Shown here: one piece after another, positions 13,233 through 33,323 of the stretch | Layout: each line of letters opens with the position of its first letter | Numbering within the stretch: the stretch's first letter is position 1 | NCBI GenBank assembly: GCA_002633005.1 | Contig: NMRA01000733.1 | Coordinates: 33,320 to 97,319, forward strand | Source: Phoronis australis | Taxonomy: Eukaryota > Animalia > Phoronida | DNA: 64,000 nucleotides | Reading direction: 5' to 3' | Program-made: the position numbers and the translations under genes | Notes under the pieces: model-generated | Told to the model about the DNA's origin: nothing | The model's database searches: none | Seen by the model: only the letters and a program-made list of their open reading frames with translations

Positions 13233-13591
13233 GACCAAACAGAGGATTAAGTTTGATAGCATGTGACACAAGATCCATTCATCATTCTCGAGTGAATGAA
13301 AAATTACCAAGAATGCATAAAATCCACAAAAATTCCACAAATACATGCATTAAAAACTGCACCTGTATAAATGCATCTCCTGAAGTTTTCACAAACCTAT
13401 GTATTCAAAACAACTGCGGAAAGACAGAAAGAGGCAGTGCCATGGTCTAACAGCCTATCTGTAATACTGCTGCAGTGAGAGCCTGCTTCTCTGTTCAAGG
13501 GAGACACTGGTTGTCATTTACAAGCACTAGCAGCACTCTGCCATTTTTACCTTCAATCTAATCCCTTTGTTTGTTTTTTTTTTCAGCTACA

Positions 13592-16500
13592 ATGGGCAGT
13601 CTTGGCCTGCTTTTCTGTTTATTAGCTATCCTCTTCACAGAGTGTGATGCTGCCAGGGACCCTGGCTTGTATTGCTCAGGTAAATAATGTGATGCCTCAG
13701 CCACGTTTTTTTGTATATATACGTTACATTCTAAAGACATGTTTATCTCCCATGCCCCATAAATGTGCTTTGCTGACGTGCTGGTCTGAATGCGCGTCAC
13801 GTGCTATCCTGAGATTTTTGTGTTGGTGAAAATTACATGCCACACAGCTGCAAAATGTAGCGTACTAGTACTACACTTCTGCTGAGCAGTGGTTCAATTT
13901 GTGACGCCTTTAGTTAGAAGTCTTCCCCTGCAGTCTGTGAATTATCATTTAGAAATGTTATAAGAGACAAGTTGTGTATAGTAGAGTCATGTTGCAGTTT
14001 TTGGTATGATTTCAACTCCTAGACAAAGTGTTTTAATAATTTAACCCTGATACAAATAATGTCAGCTGATATCAGGAGAACTGGTGCATGTAGCCACCTA
14101 AGAGTTATTTATATTTCAATGCTTGAGATAAAAGGGTTACAGTAGTCAGACTGCACATAGCTTTGCTTGTCCATACATGGCTTTGTGTGTCCATACATGG
14201 CTCTGTGTGTCCCTACAGAAAACAATATTCTATGTGTGCTACTCCTATATTTGTCTACAGATTTTGGTCAAATTTCCAGAATTTAAGCTCAGTGCCGTTG
14301 CGAAGTGCCAAGGGACATAATTCCAACATTGTGTGATTTGACTGTATTTTGCCTTGTTCTTGGCTTTCATGCATTGAGGTAGGGATATCCTGTTCTATGT
14401 GCAACTCCTAAAATGTCAAAGGGATTTCAAACAAACTTACAAAAAGTATGCTCACGAAGAACCACTCGGTATATCATCAGCGTTCTCCAGAAATTTGGGT
14501 CACACTTTATTTCCGTGCATTCATAGACTAGGGAAACTCTTTTCTATATGTACTCCCCTAAGTGACCTTGTGTGGGAGACACTGTTGTCCATGACTTGTC
14601 TGCCTTGTTATTTTGCAGTGCAGATGTACTTGCGTTCGTCGCTCTCAGTTGCAAATTATGCTAATTTTCTTTTTCGTCAATCTTAGCTTGCCGCATCGTC
14701 ATTGATGAAGTTCAACACAAGATTGGTCAGGTAGACCCTAAGAAAAAAATTCAGGTGGGAAGTTTCAGGGTCGACCCCAGTGGAAATCAAGCCAGATATG
14801 AGGTAGGACACTGCTTGATGTCTAATGAAAAACAAACTCCGGATTTTGTTCCGGTTATATTTTCAGTTCTGTCTTGTTAACACCGTATCTAGTAAAAAGT
14901 CATCTAATTAATTTTGTGTTTTTAATGGGGCTTTGACAAAATGGTAAATGCAGATTTGATGATCATTAGATTCAAGTTTTTAAGTCAATGAGCTTAAAGG
15001 AAAATGTCTTAATCGGTCTATATCCACATCGCCTCTTATACACTGGACCTCACCTTGCCACAAGGTGTCGCGTTAACCTGTGAGGAAGGTAAGAAACGAC
15101 GCAGCGACGTCAGTGGTTCGTCTGCAGAGTGAATGCCGCTATATTGGGGTGCAGTTCCCGCTTGTCAGAACTATGAAGCTGTGAAAAAAGCGGGTTTATC
15201 GTTTCTTCGACTTCCTCGAGAGCCCGAAATGCTTACAAAGTGGCTCACGGTAGTGAAGAATGAAAGGTACGCTGTTGATAGCAAGTATGAGGCCGTGAAA
15301 CGTCTCCGTGTCTCTGGCTGGCATTTGGTCGACAGTGATTTCTCTGACGAATTCCGTCTTACCAAAGAACTATCCATACGTTGCGTTGCCTGTGCATGTT
15401 CACTGCGCGTCTAGTATTTCTTCATCAGTGTTTTCCGGTTCGAACTGATAGCCTGTGGAACCTAACGATCCGACCCGTGAAGTCTTCGTCAGATAAGCTC
15501 TTGACTAAGTCAGGATTGCCGCCGGGCAAGTTGCCATGTAGACGTTTACATGCGCGCACCCAGGGGGAGCTTGTGGGGCTCATCATCATTTGGCGAAGTG
15601 GGCAAAAAGGTCCGCCTCTGAGAAACAAAAAAACCGAGAAAACGAGACAAAAGTCCTCTAAACAAGCACAAACGCACAATTTACAGTGATGCCCCCGTTT
15701 CTTTTTTTTTCTTTTTAGTCCGCCAGCCTTTTTGTTATCAAAAGGTCCACGTCAATACAATTTGTAATGCCTTTGCAGTATTCGTAAGTGCAAATGTTGA
15801 GAAGCCAGCATTGAATAAACCACTGCGTTGCCAGCTTTAGATGCTGGCAACAACAGTAATTGACAGCACACTAAGACAGTGTGAGCGCATGCTAATTCAG
15901 TGTTTGTTGTCAGAAAGATGTTGTGAAACAATTACTCGATTTTATATGCTCTAGTCACATGTTAGGGGTATCTTTATTTAGAAATACAAATACATTATTC
16001 AAATCATTGTTACTGTACAACCTTTGCCCTGACGGTCTGTGGATTTTTGGCTTACCCCTGTCGGCTCTCTTGGAACTGTTGGTTTTACTCAGAAACATTT
16101 TTTTGCATCTAAAAAGTGATTAGCTATTTTGGAACCTTGGATTGCCCCTGAAGCACCCTCATTGATGGACCGGCTTCTGAAATGTGTTTTAGAATTTGAC
16201 AGAATTTTGATATCGTGTCCTAGGAGATTTCCTTCTTGAATATTACCTTTTTTTTGTACTTTACAATACAGTAAATTTATAAATTAGTTTTCTTTCCTTA
16301 AGACTGGGAATTGTAATTTTGTTTGGCCTTAAGTGGAGTACAATTAGGTCACAAGGTGGACGACATGTGTAATGATTGTTTACCAACTATGTTACAATGT
16401 CAGAAATGGGCGATTGATATGAAGTTCACTCACAATGTTATCTGACTTAAGTTTGTTGTGTCTGGTAACTTGCTCTATAATGTGAACTCTTTCTCCAGGT

Positions 16501-18467
16501 TATTAACTTGCTGTATAATGTAATATCTTTTCCAGGTTCCGTATGCACGATCTGAGAGTCACCTTACAGAAGTATTTGAAGGGCTTTGCAGCAGTATATC
16601 CAACTTATACGCTAAGTCTAACGATAAAAGTACAGGAAAGAACAAGTTTGTGCGCACTTCGTCTCGTAGTGGCGAGACTCTGTCTCTGAGTAATGTAGAG
16701 ATCAGTGGTGATTCATCCAGGCAACTTACTACAATGGTAATGTTGGTTTATGTGCTGCTCAGTGGCGGATCTACGTTTTCAGCAAGGGGGGGTTTAAACC
16801 TCCTGTCCCCCCCCCCCCANNNNNNNNNNNNNNNNNNNNNNNNNNNNNNNNNNNNNNNNNNNNNNNNNNNNNNNNNNNNNNNNNNNNNNNNNNNNNNNNN
16901 NNNNNNNNNNNNNNNNNNNNNNNNNNNNNNNNNNNNNNNNNNNNNNNNNNNNNNNNNNNNNNNNNNNNNNNNNNNNNNNNNNNNNNNNNNNNNNNNNNNN
17001 NNNNNNNNNNNNNNNNNNNNNNNNNNNNNNNNNNNNNNNNNNNNNNNNNNNNNNNNNNNNNNNNNNNNNNNNNNNNNNNNNNNNNNNNNNNNNNNNNNNN
17101 NNNNNNNNNNNNNNNNNNNNNNNNNNNNNNNNNNNNNNNNNNNNNNNNNNNNNNNNNNNNNNNNNNNNNNNNNNNNNNNNNNNNNNNNNNNNNNNNNNNN
17201 NNNNNNNNNNNNNNNNNNNNNNNNNNNNNNNNNNNNNNNNNNNNNNNNNNNNNNNNNNNNNNNNNNNNNNNNNNNNNNNNNNNNNNNNNNNNNNNNNNNN
17301 NNNNNNNNNNNNNNNNNNNNNNNNNNNNNNNNNNNNNNNNNNNNNNNNNNGCACCCGGGGGGGGGGGCTCAGGGGACATTCACTAATCACATACTTGTCA
17401 TCTTTCCCACTTCATGTAGGACTCTTCTGCTCTTTGAAGCTTTTCGCACATCCCGCTATGGCATTAGAATGTCCTCTTTTATGTTACCATATTGTATTTT
17501 TTTGTACTTTTTTGTATGATTTATACCTGTTTGCCTATTCCATATATCACAAGCTCTAATTAAATAAAACCACACTGTCAGGATGTTTTTTAGTGTTCTG
17601 GTGGACATTTGCTCCTTATAGGGGCCATATATTTACTAGACAGTTTCTGGAAATCTCGATGTCTGTAGCAATTATGTTAAGACATTTCAGAACAAAACTT
17701 CAAAATGTTTTGGTTAGGTTTCCTACTTTGTTGATGCAGAACTTTCTACTTCATTTGATGCTTTATCCGATAGTATGATTCCATGATATTTTAATTTCAC
17801 TTTGAAATGACATAGGGAACAATAACTCCGTCAATGTTCTTGTCTTTTTCAGTGAAATATGCAGAAATTAACCAAAATGTTTGTAGGTTATGATATATTT
17901 TGGTATAGTTTTTGTACTCGAAATTTGACTAAAAATTTGACCAATGGCCTGACTTGCCTTGAGTGAACTTACAAATTTGTTTTTAATTCATGTTGTGTGA
18001 TTGATAATTTGAGCCCCAGTCAAGTTTGAGTTGAGAGATTAGATGCAGGTGTTATGTCTGTAGTTTACATTGAAACATTCATATCAATGCCTTTCAGATC
18101 TCATGTCTGTAGTTTGCACTGAAACATTCATATCTGTGCCTTTCAGATGTCATGTCTGTAGTTTGCACTAAAACATTCATATCTATGCCTTTTAGATGCT
18201 TGCTTAGTTGAAGATCTCTCCGTCCCGTTAGTCAACCTAGCTGACCCTAATGAACAAGATAAGTTTGAGGAACACATTGAAAACCTCAAGGCTGATGCCA
18301 AGGCACAGCCTATGAAGGAGGACACCTTTGATGACATTCCAGAGAAACCTATTGGAGCGAAACATGTAGGACCACAGAGTGAGGGAAGTGATGAAACACC
18401 ACCGCTACCCACTGAAGAGGCTGAGGACTTGAGTATGAACACAGCAGACCGACACGAGGAGTTGTAG
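13592..18467 (+). CDS. CNPY2: Protein canopy homolog 2 (saposin-like ER protein); one internal exon not found, possibly in gap 16820-17350
   Basis: Exons 13592-13679, 14687-14802, 16536-16736 (VPYARSESHLTEVFEGLCSS...) and 18196-18467 (...TADRHEEL*). Signal peptide, DPKKxIQxGSFRxxPxG motif, VPYARSE motif and HEEL ER-retention signal. Confidence 0.9.
14998..16042 (+). mobile_element. Kolobok-like THAP element copy in a CNPY2 intron, interrupted by a CATGCGCGCACCCAG-type MITE (~15549-15750)
   Basis: TTAA|AGG start, colinear with ~45639-46577. The inserted segment resembles 60404-60660. Confidence 0.65.
16759..16819 (+). mobile_element. End of a CAGTGGCGGATC-terminated hAT-like non-autonomous element, running into a gap
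   Basis: cagtggcggatctacgttttcagcaagggggg matches the reverse complement of the element end at ~37760-37791. Confidence 0.55.
18050..18197 (+). repeat. 3 x 49-bp tandem repeat containing the acceptor site of the CNPY2 last exon
   Basis: AG positions end at 18097, 18146 and 18195. Confidence 0.85.
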
Positions 18468-19990
18468 AGAACTACTGTATTTAGTGTTTGGTGTGGAAAT
18501 CTGTTTGACATCCCAGCTTGTGGCCGTACGACATTCATTATTTTCTTACTCAGTAAGGATTATTGTTGTTTTGGATGACCATTTCAGTGATTGGCAAATT
18601 TTGCCCAGTTTTTGTTTTGATGTGCTGCATTTGACTTTGTTTGTGGTTTGGTTTAAAGTTTTTACATCCAGTTATGACTTTGAATTATTTGTTGAAGTTT
18701 AACACTTTAATACAGGTCTGGATACCTTAAAGTTGTGTTGTCATGGAAATAGAAACTTGTAGATCTTGTACATGTACTTAACAAAGAAACCAACGCACCA
18801 ACATTTGGGTTTGTTGACTAGTCAGTCTTGGTAAGTGTTCTTACTCAGTCTGCATTTTATTTACATTCTATCAATGTTATCTCTCTTTCGAGAATGCGTT
18901 GTTATATTCTAAATGTTGGGATGCGTGCATAGTTCATTAAATCTGTTATCAGCTCTGGTTATAATGGTTATAAGGGATGTCTCCAAATCATTGAACCACA
19001 AAGGTGTTGGGTGATATTGATTTGTGAGCATGTCTTAAAGCAAGTGTGGTATCAATTCGCCATAACTGCCTAACCCCTGACTTCCTAGTTGTGTTGAGCC
19101 AGAATGTTCTTCGGGTACTCTGTCTGACCTCGTCTGTTTCGTGTGCCTACTAGTGTCAGAGCTCAGTGTAAGTTTTTGGGATGTTTTCAGTTTAAATTGT
19201 GATTGCCAAAGTCTGCAACTTTTATTGCATGTGAGATCCACCTTCGACACAGTAAAATCATACATGTATCAGTTATAATTGTGATAATAAAATGTCGAAA
19301 CAACTTGCTATAACCAGTTCCAGCATAATACCAATGCTAGTTGCTAGTTGGGCGCCAGTAATATGACTGTAACAGATGTGTTATCTAGAAGCTAACATTA
19401 TCTCACATAAACTTCCATCATTTTCTCTTGTACTATAATCACCAAGTTGAGTAAATGTTTTGTTGACTTGCTCAATAAAGTTTTAACTTTCTTTGACTTT
19501 GTTCTTTATTGCTTATTCATTTGTGTTATGCAAGGTGTATCGTGTAGTGTCATCAGCCTGAGTATTGTTGGCAAACAAGAATAACTAATGAAAGGATGAA
19601 TTTCATAACATGGAACCATGTCTCAACAAACTTCTTTCAAAGATACCGTGTTTGGCTCTGGTCTGTACCAGATTCATTCCGATATCTGAGACCTACTGTT
19701 TTATGAAAAGGGTGCCTGCCACATCACTTTCAATGCTATCTTTTTCTTTGAAAAGCTACACAAATGTGTCTGAGGCACAATGCGGTTTTACGAACTAAGT
19801 GTCCTGGCAATTTATCCACAATTGCCTGTTACCTGTAATTGTTAAGGACAAGTATCAAAAGGCCCGTGGTGTGGTTTTGAGCCGTGACCAGCCACCTGTT
19901 CAGCTGGAGCCAAAATTCTGTAGCCCTTTTAAACTTCAAATTTCATATCAGGTGACTTGGAAAAGTGTGTAACTAAATACACCACATGAC

Positions 19991-20598
19991 CATATAGATT
20001 CTCTCTTGGACACTAAACTCATATAGATTCTCCGTCAGGCTAAACCCATGTAGATTCTCTCATACATTTAACCTATAGATTCTCTCTTCGACACTAAACT
20101 CACATAGATTCTCTCTCATACATTAACCCAATAGATTCTCTCTCGCACACTAAACCCATATAGATCCTCTCTCACACACTAAACCCATATAGATTCTCTC
20201 TCGCACACTAAACCCATATAGATTCTCTCACACACTAAACCCATATAGATTCTCTCTCGGACAACAAACGCATATACATGTAGATTCTCTCTCGTACATT
20301 TAACCCATATAGATTCTCTCTCGCACACTAAACCCATATAGATTCTCTCTCGCACACTAAACTCATATAGATTCTCTCTCGCACACTAAACTCATATAGA
20401 TTCTCTCTCACACACTAAACTCATATAGATTCTCTCGCACTAAACCCATATAGATCCTCTCTCAAACACTTAACCCATATAGATTCTCTCTCGGACAACA
20501 AACGCATATACATGTAGATTCTCTCTATCACACTAAATCCATATAGATTCTCTCTCACACACTTAACCCATATAGATTCTCTCTCACACTAAACCCAT
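19991..20598. repeat. ~29-bp minisatellite (catatagattctctctcgcacactaaacc)
   Basis: About 20 degenerate tandem units are directly visible. Confidence 0.95.
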
Positions 20599-21092
20599 GT
20601 TGTGTCAAGTAAAGAAACTTAATGTAGACCACTTCCTGTTTTAAAATTTGCCTCAACTTGTTCCTTACTCAACTCTTGGTCTGGCAATGAACTGCCTGAC
20701 AGCTTGTGCTGGTCAAAAGAATGCTTGGCGAATAAAATTAAAGGCTGGGACGAGCCAAGTTTGTCTCGGCCATAACAACGAATCTCCGAGTCTTTCCTAG
20801 TCCAGAAACCGCATCTATTTTCACTTAATGAACATTTTGAGAGCAATTTCATAACAGTAAGTGATCTAGGTACAATTTGTCCGTGGGGAGGAAGGTAAGT
20901 ACATACATGTAACTCTATCTTCATACTATCAAGTAGAGCTGTGTAGATTGAATGAGCAATAACAGCAACACAAACTATGTGGGGACGCAATTAATGTATT
21001 TGATTCTAAATCATCAGCTTGACAGTGTCTTCATGACATGTATGAACAATACATATCCACTTATTTTGCAGTTTTTAAATAAAGAATTAGAC

Positions 21093-21337
21093 TTTGCAAT
21101 AGGCGGGATAGGGTTTGGTGCCAGTTTGCAATAGGTGGGCTAAGGTTTGGTGCCAGTTTTCAATAGGTGGGATAGGGTTTGGTGCCAGTTTGCAATAGGT
21201 GGGCTACGATTTGGTGTCAGTTTGCTATAGGTGGGCTAGGGTTTGGTGCCAATTAGCAATAACCAGGCTAAGGTTTGGCGCCAGTTTGCAATAGGCGGGC
21301 TATGGTTTGGTGACAGTTTGCAATAGGAAGGCTAAGG
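21093..21337. repeat. 32-bp minisatellite (gtttggtgccagtttgcaataggtgggctaag)
   Basis: About 7-8 tandem units. Confidence 0.95.
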
Positions 21338-21938
21338 TGAAAGTGGAACAATTTTCTGGTCCATTCTGTAGAGTTATTTTTTCAAGTTTGCCTTGCATGT
21401 GCCCACTGAACAGTCATTTAATTGGCCCAGTTCATTTGCAAAAAATCAAGTAACACCATGCATCACATTAAGCAGCAGAGATTGTAGTATTTTTTTGGCT
21501 GCTCTGACGGGCAATTGTTGATCAATAAGTTCTAATAATATGCATGAGCTCCATTACGACCATACGTCACATTTAGACATGTATGTCTTGCCAGGCATGA
21601 GTGGCATTTACGTGACACAGCACTACATATACGTACTATGTAACACAGTGAAAAACAAATACACTGTATGTCAACTTATATCGCTTGAATGTTCACATAA
21701 CTTTGACAAAGTTCATGACAAACTTTCAGGAAAATGTCATTTAGCTTTACTGCAATAAGTCTCAAGGTCTGATTGAATATAACTCGTCATAACTCATTTT
21801 TGGTTCCAAATCAAGATATACAGTAAGATTGGCAACACTTAGATAAATAAATGCTACAGGTTAATTATTAACGATGATGAAAACACGGTGTTGATGAGAA
21901 ACTTTAGTTTACAAATGCATAATAATGACAGCTACACA

Positions 21939-29498
<7,560 letters not shown>

Positions 29499-29860
29499 TT
29501 TCAAATGATTTTGGTCACATGACCGCTACTACCGCCCTCTGTTATTAGGGCTCACTTTTATTTAGAGAGATCTATTTCATTCTCTATGGTTTCTGGCGTT
29601 TGGTACTCATAAACGTAGGCAGTATACAACCAAAAATATGAAGCATGTGTTATATTTTAGTGCTTTTGGGGTATAAGTTGAAAAAAATACCATGTTGAAT
29701 CAGCCAAAATACAAATCCTCCCATAGAAGGCGCTGTCATCTGTAATTCTTTTATTTTGAAGTTAAAAGTTGGTTGTGCACATGTTGCATAAGCTGACAGC
29801 AGACACCCACAAACCATAATTTAAAGCTCGAAGCAATCCTTAAAATATTGAGTGAAAATA
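29499..29860. promoter_or_regulatory. Putative bidirectional promoter region between PECR and MTRR
   Basis: Divergent ATGs at 29498 (-) and 30498 (+). Palindromic E-box GGTCACATGACC at 29513-29524. Candidate non-coding-exon donor GTAAGT at 29861. Confidence 0.4.
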
Positions 29861-30497
29861 GTAAGTAGTAAGATATTTTATCGTAAGTAATTTAAGGATG
29901 GTAAAATTTGTTTCGGTGTTGTCAGAAATGCACACGATTCCAGCCATCAATTTTTGACGTAGTCGTGGTGCATTGGTGCACATGGCTGTATGTGAGTAGA
30001 AGTGCTGATGATGGCCACCGTCTCCAGCGGGGCTAGCTGGCCCCAATGCAGACGGTGAAGCTCTCATGTAGGAGTTTTATACAACAGAACCTTTTTGGAG
30101 AATTATGCCTCACACTGATCGAAGCATCACAGTCAGTTAGTGACGTTGTTTGCGCATAGCTATAGGGGGCTATGCCATAGGGGATATAGCCGTAAACAAA
30201 CTTTTGTTCGAAGCAGTCCTTTGTTCAGTTGCCCAAATTGCTAATTGGCCATTTTTACACTGCGCCTGCTGATAGGGTGCGCAGTGTAAAAACAATAGTG
30301 ACTCACAAGATCACCTGCTGCTTGACCTTGGATCTGGCTAGATCATATGGGTCATGACTCATGAGTACCTCTTAACCCAAAAGGTTTACCTCTCGGAAGA
30401 CACAGGCACCTTTCCCCTCATGTGAGCAAAGGCCAGTTAGTTCTGCATATTCATCACTTCTCCGTTTGTGCTATTTTCCAGCACAGATGATGACAAG

Positions 30498-30644
30498 ATG
30501 CCCTGCGAGTTAAAGTCCAGGTTCCTTCTGCTGTATGCTTCCCAGACGGGCCAGGCTCAGGCGATCTCTGAAGAAATAGAAACCAATTCAGAACAACGTG
30601 GACTGACGTGTGACCGCTTTTGTTTGAGTCTCACGGAGAAGAAG
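30498..30644 (+). CDS. MTRR: Methionine synthase reductase, first coding exon (flavodoxin-domain N terminus); remaining exons not found in the window
   Basis: MPCELKSRFLLLYASQTGQAQAISEEIETNSEQRGLTCDRFCLSLTEKK matches the MTRR N terminus ([20 protein letters not shown]). Upstream acceptor ttttccag and phase-0 donor AAG|GTATTT. Confidence 0.85.
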
Positions 30645-31015
30645 GTATTTTTACTTCATGTTGCCTGCTTTTTGCCAAGAATTGTATGATGACACTAGGC
30701 TTATATCAAAACCCAACTGCTGCCTGGTGGTTTGGCAATTGGCAGAATTATGTTGCAAACCCAGCAACGTTAATTAGGATCGTGATGTGGCAACACAATA
30801 CAAATGTTTAAGGCTGTAAAGGTCACATTTTCTTGTATGATTTTCAAAATCAAAAACCTATTAATCACATGCACATTTCACGGACTATTAAAATAATGCT
30901 ATAAAAACTTTCAGAGAAAGAAAATTTATGAATTCTGTTGTCACCCCAGTGTATTCACGATGGGTCTAGTTATCTAGAGAATGAAAACATCAGCAGCCTG
31001 AGGCAATAGCGGAGT

Positions 31016-32064
31016 CAGTGGCGGATCTAGGATATCACAAGGGGGGGGCCCAACTTTTTGTCCGGCTGTAAGCATTTGCGCAAACTGAATCACGATTGTA
31101 GATGCGCATAGTACCGANNNNNNNNNNNNNNNNNNNNNNNNNNNNNNNNNNNNNNNNNNNNNNNNNNNNNNNNNNNNNNNNNNNNNNNNNNNNNNNNNNN
31201 NNNNNNNNNNNNNNNNNNNNNNNNNNNNNNNNNNNNNNNNNNNNNNNNNNNNNNNNNNNNNNNNNNNNNNNNNNNNNNNNNNNNNNNNNNNNNNNNNNNN
31301 NNNNNNNNNNNNNNNNNNNNNNNNNNNNNNNNNNNNNNNNNNNNNNNNNNNNNNNNNNNNNNNNNNNNNNNNNNNNNNNNNNNNNNNNNNNNNNNNNNNN
31401 NNNNNNNNNNNNNNNNNNNNNNNNNNNNNNNNNNNNNNNNNNNNNNNNNNNNNNNNNNNNNNNNNNNNNNNNNNNNNNNNNNNNNNNNNNNNNNNNNNNN
31501 NNNNNNNNNNNNNNNNNNNNNNNNNNNNNNNNNNNNNNNNNNNNNNNNNNNNNNNNNNNNNNNNNNNNNNNNNNNNNNNNNNNNNNNNNNNNNNNNNNNN
31601 NNNNNNNNNNNNNNNNNNNNNNNNNNNNNNNNNNNNNNNNNNNNNNNNNNNNNNNNNNNNNNNNNNNNNNNNNNNNNNNNNNNNNNNNNNNNNNNNNNNN
31701 NNNNNNNNNNNNNNNNNNNNNNNNNNNNNNNNNNNNNNNNNNNNNNNNNNNNNNNNNNNNNNNNNNNNNNNNNNNNNNNNNNNNNNNNNNNNNNNNNNNN
31801 NNNNNNNNNNNNNNNNNNNNNNNNNNNNNNNNNNNNNNNNNNNNNNNNNNNNNNNNNNNNNNNNNNNNNNNNNNNNNNNNNNNNNNNNNNNNNNNNNNNN
31901 NNNNNNNNNNNNNNNNNNNNNNNNNNNNNNNNNNNNNNNNNNNNNNNNNNNNNNNNNNNNNNNNNNNNNNNNNNNNNNNNNNNNNNNNNNNNNNNNNNNN
32001 NNNNNNNNNNNNNNNNNNNNNNNNNNNGGGGGGGGCCCGGGCCCCCCCCCTAAATCCGCCTATG
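31016..32064 (+). mobile_element. Second copy of the 5-bp-TSD hAT-like element, interior unsequenced
   Basis: CAGTGGCGGATCTAGGATATCACAAGG...TAAATCCGCCTATG. TSD GGAGT at 31011-31015 and 32065-32069. Confidence 0.75.
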
Positions 32065-33323
32065 GGAGTTGCAACCGAATCGATTTAACGATTGCGCTTG
32101 TCTGGAAATTAGGGTGCGCAAAGGCTGTTGGGATTGATGAACGTATGTGGAATGGCCGATTAGTTTGCACGACGTGTGATTTTTGTGCATTAAACTACGC
32201 TGCTGTATGTATTTCTGCCACTATTTGCCCTAATAAGCGTCCATGCCCCAATATTTGCCCCCACGCGTTTTCAGACTTTGCTAAGAAGCGCGCGCTGCAT
32301 AATGTACCGGCTGTCATCAAAAGCATTTAGTCGGGAACTATATTTTTACATGAATCGGGTAACATAGCATCGGCAAGAAATAAATATTGGCACTAATTTC
32401 CGAAAGTGTCTAATACCGTGAAAAAAATTATGCATTTTTTAAGAGAAATTATTTAACTAATCATAATTGTTGTTTTTTAAAGTCAAAATGACACTGATAG
32501 TAAACACATTCGCACCCTTACACACCGAATCTTCCGGAAAATAGCTGTACCGTCACATATCCACTCACCCGGCGACTCAATGAGTGACATATTGGTCTTA
32601 CCGAAACAATTCTTTAACATTTTTTTGCAGGTGAGGCCAGCAAGTGCTAAATAATAAAACACGCTCTGCTTGATTGCTTGAGTTGATTTCTTTGGTTACA
32701 ATGCACACCTAGATCATTACATCGCATTTACTCTGGCAAATGATCTCTGATGACAAGCACACGCACGCTTACTCTCACACACACGCACACAAACTTCAAA
32801 ACAAATGTCACGTGACAGCAACATGTGTGTTCCTCCAGAGATTTTCCTCGTATTCTCGCTACAATCTATCGCAGATTTGGACTTAAATTAATCTGCAGTT
32901 AATCCAGACTCCACAAGAACTTAAAAATCTTAGAGACGCTATTTGGAAAACTTGAGGAGGATTTCAGGTAATTTGTTGAGTCTTATTCAAGAATTCAAGC
33001 CCTATCGACGATTGCGAGACTGGCAGCAATGCATATGTCGGTGAGATTTTGCCCTAGGATGTCAGCACAATTTTCTGAAAAATGATCGTAAAATAACAAC
33101 GAATTTTGATAGCAATGCACCACAATTTTGTAGAAAGTAAATAATAATATTCTGGACTTAGTCTTAGCACGTTAATGCATAGTGCGCGTTAAGTGAGTCG
33201 ACAAAACAGGTGATTGTGCAGATTCATTATCCTCAAAATTGCTCATGTTGGCTTGGTTCTGGTCAAGCGAAAACAAGTGTTTTTTACTACCCTCTGCCGT
33301 GGAGTATTTGTTACTGTTTATTT

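Noticed and set aside
16650-17519. Long ORFs spanning N runs (also 31102-32088, 35811-36170 and 51928-53006)
   Set aside because: Artefacts of translating assembly gaps.
20619-20990. 123-aa minus-strand ORF downstream of PECR
   Set aside because: No recognisable domain, and PECR already terminates with SKL* at 21939.
19991-21337. Regular 29-32-bp repeats resembling a CRISPR array (also 37796, 44835 and 58199)
   Set aside because: Units are contiguous with no unique spacers, there are no cas genes, and the context is eukaryotic introns or intergenic DNA. These are minisatellites.
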